From: Octopus sinensis
Lineage: Eukaryota
Assembly (NCBI RefSeq): GCF_006345805.1
Contig: NC_043023.1
Span: 18,786,001 to 18,850,000, forward strand
Direction of reading: 5' to 3'
DNA length: 64,000 nucleotides
Shown: positions 53,133-64,000 of the stretch, piece by piece
Position numbering within the stretch: position 1 is the stretch's first letter
Layout of the letters: every line of letters starts with the position of its first letter
Notes under the pieces: generated by a model
Seen by the model: only the letters and a program-made list of their open reading frames with translations
Told to the model about the DNA's origin: nothing
The model's database searches: none
Program-made: the position numbers and the translations under genes

Positions 53133-53336
53133 TATAATTAGGGTTCAGCAAAAATTTGCTTTACCACATACCGAACTTTAGAAATAGCAGCCAAAGAACC
53201 TTAGCTATTTCTTCTACTATAAGAAGAAACTCCTGGGAGTATCGTCTTATAGTAGAAGAAATAGCTAAGGTTCTTTGGCTGCTATTTCTAAAGTTCGGTA
53301 TGTGGTAAAGCAAAGTTTTGCTGAACCCTAATTATA
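53133..53336. repeat. 204-bp near-perfect palindrome
   Basis: Arms tataattagggttcagc...ctactataaga and its reverse complement with one mismatch; the centre is also nearly self-complementary. Confidence 0.9.
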
Positions 53337-53467
53337 ATTATACTCGTAATTATAAAATATTGTTTAAGTTTACCGAAAAACAGGCCTTTTAACATGCTGA
53401 ATACTACTTGGTGGAATTATTAATTACAAGTTAATTAATTAATTTTACCCTTTATTATTATTGATAA

Positions 53468-53978
53468 TCATCATCATCATCGTTTAGCGTCCGCTTTCCA
53501 TGCTGGCATGGGTTGGATGGTGCAACTGGGGTCTGGGAAGCCAGAAGGTTGCACCAGGCCCAGTCTGATCTGGCAATGTTTCTACGACTGGATGCCCTTC
53601 CTAATGCCAACCACTCCGTGAGTGTAGTGGGTGCTTTTTACGTGCCACTGGCACAGGTGCCAGATGAGGCTGGCAAACGGCCACGGTCGGATGGTGCTTT
53701 TTACGTGCCACCGGCACGGAAGCAGTTAGGGCGGCACTGGCAACGGCCATGTTCAGATGGTTCTCTTATGTGCCACCAGCACTGGTATCACAGCTACAAT
53801 TTCCATTCATGTTGATCGATTTTGATTTTTGATTTTTTGATTTTTGATTTTCACTTGCCTCAACAGGTCTTCACATGTAGGGTTTTGTGTCCCAAGAAGG
53901 AAAGGTATGCATAAGTGGACTGAGGCCATGGGTGATGGTCTCACTTGTCCTGCCGGGTCTTCTCATGCACAGCATACT
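53468..53978 (-). mobile_element. RTE 3' end copy including ORF terminus
   Basis: Tail plus reverse remnant KYAVHEKTRQDK*. Confidence 0.7.
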
Positions 53979-54495
53979 TATATATATATATATATACATA
54001 TAAAGGGTGAAATATAATTAATTGAATAAAATCAATAAATTTCACCTAGTAGTCTTTCGGTATGGAAAGGACCATATTCAGTAAAAATTTATATAATTAT
54101 AATAATAAAGGGTTATTTGCAACAAGTTGCTTAAACCACATACCGCAAATATTAGAAATAGCAGCCAAATAGGCTACTATAACTATAACTACAAAAATAA
54201 GTCTCCACAAACTACTGTATTTGTAACCCATATATGGTAAAAAGAAGGAAGACATCGAAATCACACAGTCTACCTGGATTCACACACCTCGAGTAACAAC
54301 CAAGTTCCATTCTAACTGATACAATGTAAGTCTATCTGGTCATATGTTGGATTTCTTTTTTTCAGCACTGTTTCCACTTAAATGCATCTGATGCTGTAAA
54401 GCGACTGAGTGAAGGACAGTGGACAGGCAGTGGATGCCTGTGTTGCCATGGTTATTGTATGTGCAGCTGCCCAGCGTCTGAAAATTGTTTTAATT

Positions 54496-54894
54496 TACTC
54501 TTTACTCTTTTACTTGTTTCGGTCATTTGACTGTGACCATGCTGGAGCACTGCCTTTAATCGAGAAAATCGACCCCGGGACTTGTTCTTTGTAAGCCCAG
54601 TACTTATTCTATCGGTCTCTTTTGCCGAACCGCTAAGTGATGGGGACGTAAACACACCAGCATCGGTTGTCAAGCAATGCTAGGAGGACAAACACAGACA
54701 CACATACATATATATATATATATACATATATACGACAGGCTTCTTTCAGTTTCCGTCTACCAAATCCACTCACAAGGCACTGGTCGGCCCGGGGCTATAG
54801 CAGAAGACACTTGCCCAAGATGCCACGCAGTGGGACTGAATCCGGAACCATGTGGTTGGTTAGCAAGCTATTTACCACACAGCCACTCCCGCGC
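54496..54894 (-). mobile_element. CORE-type SINE
   Basis: Full-length reverse copy. Confidence 0.85.
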
Positions 54895-55171
54895 ATATAT
54901 ATATATACATACAAGTTGGCCAAAAGTCACCTGACAGTGAATCAAAATTCCATAAATACAATCTGTTATTCTGTATTGTCTCAAATGGGAAAATGTGTCA
55001 CTCAAGAAGGACTTCAGTTTGAACAACCTTCATGATGTTTCATATTTAGATGCTCTTATTAAATTCGCTCAGTTGTTAAACATAAATAAAAATTGGAATT
55101 AAATGGTTTTGATTTACTGTCGGGTAACTTTTGGATAAACCTGTATATATATATATATATATACATACATA

Positions 55172-55503
55172 GTTCCGGGTTCAGTCCCACTGCGTGGCAT
55201 CTTGGGCAAGTGTCTTCTGCTATAGCCCCAGGCCGACAATGCCTTGTGAGTGGATTTGGTAGACGGAAACTGAAAGAAGCCTGTCGTATATATATGTAAG
55301 TGTGTGTGTCTGTGTTTGTCCCCCTAGCATTGCTTGACAACCGATGCTGGTGTGTTTACGTCCCTGTCACTTAGCGGTTCGGCAAAAGAGACCGATAGAA
55401 TAAGTACTAGGCTTACAAAGAATAAGTCCCGGGGTCGATTTGCTCGACTAAAGGCGGTGCTCCAGCATGGCCGCAGTCAAATGACTGAAACAAGTAACAG
55501 AGT
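55172..55503 (+). mobile_element. CORE-type SINE, 5' truncated
   Basis: Starts at the B box. Confidence 0.85.
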
Positions 55504-55600
55504 ATATATATAAAAATATGGTAAAGTAAAAAAATTCACTTTACTGCACTGCTTGGTCGAATTGATTAACAATTAATTAATTCTACCCTTTTTTACTGAC

Positions 55601-55635
<35 letters not shown>

Positions 55636-55992
55636 ATGTATATTTTTCAGTGTATTTCAACCAGAAAAATGTTCACATAAAGAGAATAACAAGCTACAAA
55701 ATGCAAAAGATTTACTTTAAAAACATTCCAATTCCAAAAGGTCGAAACAAACCTGATCAACGCCGGGCAATACTGCTATAGTTATAAGATAATTCTTTTG
55801 AACTGAGACCAATGCCAACTTTTCTACAGCTTTTGGATCACTATATGGAATGACAGCAGATTGATTTTGGAAACGAATTAAACATGGATTACAGATATCA
55901 GGGAAGTTTGTAACAGTTGTTCATATTGATAAAGACTACAGTTAATGGAAATTTAGGAGTGAAAATATAAATATTTGTTAGGAATCAACTGA

Positions 55993-62138
<6,146 letters not shown>

Positions 62139-62289
62139 ATATAAATTAGTAAAAAGCCACCATTTATCAATTCAATAATGAAAAATTAAATTACACCATC
62201 CAGAAAATTACATATTACAGAAAGATTAAATATAAGATATAAAATATAACGATGATATTTTTTATATTATTATTATTATTATTATTCAG

Positions 62290-62312
62290 CGGAAGAGTCT
62301 ATCATATATACA

Positions 62313-62367
<55 letters not shown>

Positions 62368-63006
62368 GTGAGGTATACTTGCCATCTCAATGTGGCTAAC
62401 CACTAAGGGTGGGTGTTACTGTATTTGCAAATACCATAAGGGCACAGAAAGTGTGCCTAAAGCCAGCTGGAGACAATAATCTCCTGGGGCTACAAGCTAC
62501 AGTAACACCCACCCTTAGTGGTTAGCCATATTGAGATGGCAAGTATACCTCACATTATATATATTAATCAATTTAGGGTAGCAAAAAATTCAATAGAAAT
62601 TTATCGCCACCAGCGGTCTAGTGAGAAAGAGAATATAGTCAAAGACTATATATATAAATTCAACAACAATTGTGGAATGGCCTTAATAGGCCATTCGACC
62701 CACTAGAAAGAGCAGCCAGGACTCAAACCGCCAAGTAGTAGTAATTCAGAAATTAAAGGAAAATTTAAAAACATTTACCCTAATTCATCTTTAGACAATG
62801 CATTGTTTCGGTGTTTTTAATGGCAAACCAGCTTGAATTAGGGTAAATGTTTTTAAATTTTCCTTTAATTTCTGAATTACTACTACTTGGCGGTTTGAGT
62901 CCTGGCTGCTCTTTCTAGTGGGTCGAATGGCCTATTAAGGCCATTCCACAATTGTTGTTGTCACATTATATATATATATATACTGTATATATGATAGACT
63001 CTTCCG
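62290..63006. repeat. Nested palindromes (outer 62290-62371/62961-63006; inner B 62363-62423/62498-62559; inner C 62661-62787/62834-62960)
   Basis: Arms read by eye as reverse complements; the C arms are 127 bp with no mismatch found. Confidence 0.85.
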
Positions 63007-63445
63007 TGGAAGACGACTTATGAGCGTTCAGCTTTTGCTGAATAACCTGTATAAATGATTTGTTTTTAGAGATCAGATCTTCGTGACGCATATTAGCTCT
63101 CTCTCTCTCCCCCCCCATCAGATCGATGTTGTCTGATCATGTGCTCTGGCTACCACCCATTAGTTGTCGAAGGGATCGCAGAACATTGTGAGATGAAGTG
63201 TTTTGCTTGAGATCCCAACATACCGCTCGGTCTAGGAATTGAAATCACGATCGCTAGATTGTGAATGCAACACCCAAACCACTAGGCCATGAACCAGAGA
63301 GCGTGAGAGAGAGACAGAGAGTGTATGAGAGACAGAGAGTGTGTGTGAGAGAGAGAGAGAAAGAGAGACACGAGAAGCTGAGAAAAAGATGAAGGTAGGT
63401 CTGTAGATGCAATAGAATAGATACTTTTATGAAATGGTGAATGTA

Positions 63446-63548
63446 GGCATAGGAGTGGCTGGGTGGTAAGTAGCTTGCTTACGAACCACATGGTTCCGGG
63501 TTCAGTCCCATTGTGAGTGGATTTGGTAGATGGAAACTGAAAGAAGCC

Positions 63549-63618
<70 letters not shown>

Positions 63619-63848
63619 ATGTACGTGTGTGTATATGTTTGTGTGTCTGTGTTTGTCCCCCTAACATCACTTGAGAACCAACGCTGGTGTGTTTATGTCC
63701 CCGTAACTTGGCGGTTCAGCAAAAGAGACCGATAGAATAAGTACTAGGCTTACAAAGAATGAGTCCTGGGGTCAATTTGCTCGACTAAAGGCGGTGCTCC
63801 AGCATGGCCACAGTCACATGACTGAAACAAATAAAAGAGTAAGAGAGT
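63446..63848 (+). mobile_element. CORE-type SINE with internal deletion
   Basis: Head and tail present, CORE block partly deleted. Confidence 0.8.
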
Positions 63849-64000
63849 AAATTCATCATGAATTAAACTGCGGAATTACTCGATACCATATTGTTGAATA
63901 CAAGTTCATTAACTTTGAAGTACACACACACACATAAACTAATATATATATATTTTTTAATGTAGTTGTGTCGTCGAAGTTTATATACATACATACATAC

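Noticed and set aside
54040-54085. Minus-strand ctgaatatggt...accgaaag hammerhead-like string
   Set aside because: Core and stems too degenerate to support a call.

Overview
AT-rich, microsatellite- and retroposon-dense animal genomic DNA. It is most likely from an octopod cephalopod, inferred from the SINE families and the [16 protein letters not shown] finger style. Genes: (i) a three-coding-exon class I SAM methyltransferase on the minus strand (13016-12948, 9540-9405, 8364-7928; 213 aa), reconstructed by hand from splice sites; (ii) a core histone quartet of two divergent pairs, H2B/H2A and H3/H4, each gene with a 3' stem-loop and no H1 visible; (iii) three plus-strand C2H2 zinc-finger loci: a pseudogene at ~3.1-3.7 kb, an intact 13-finger gene at 43.6-44.8 kb, and a ~5.9 kb locus of about 66 near-identical 84-bp fingers. 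Mobile DNA includes a Dong/R4-clade retrotransposon inside a (TAA)n tract, a TAA-flanked non-autonomous element in tandem, two decayed Penelope-like elements with hammerhead-ribozyme-like motifs, RTE and CR1 3' ends, several tRNA-derived SINE families, non-autonomous Helitrons, piggyBac-like MITEs and many foldback palindromes. The most striking unexplained structures are the homogeneous zinc-finger minisatellite, a GC-rich hairpin element seen only around the histone genes, and a canonical hammerhead motif in a short non-coding repeat. Single-base deletions in homopolymers of H3/H4 and scattered indels in the finger array suggest uncorrected long-read errors, so frameshifts here need caution. 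Identities and copy numbers are by-eye estimates.
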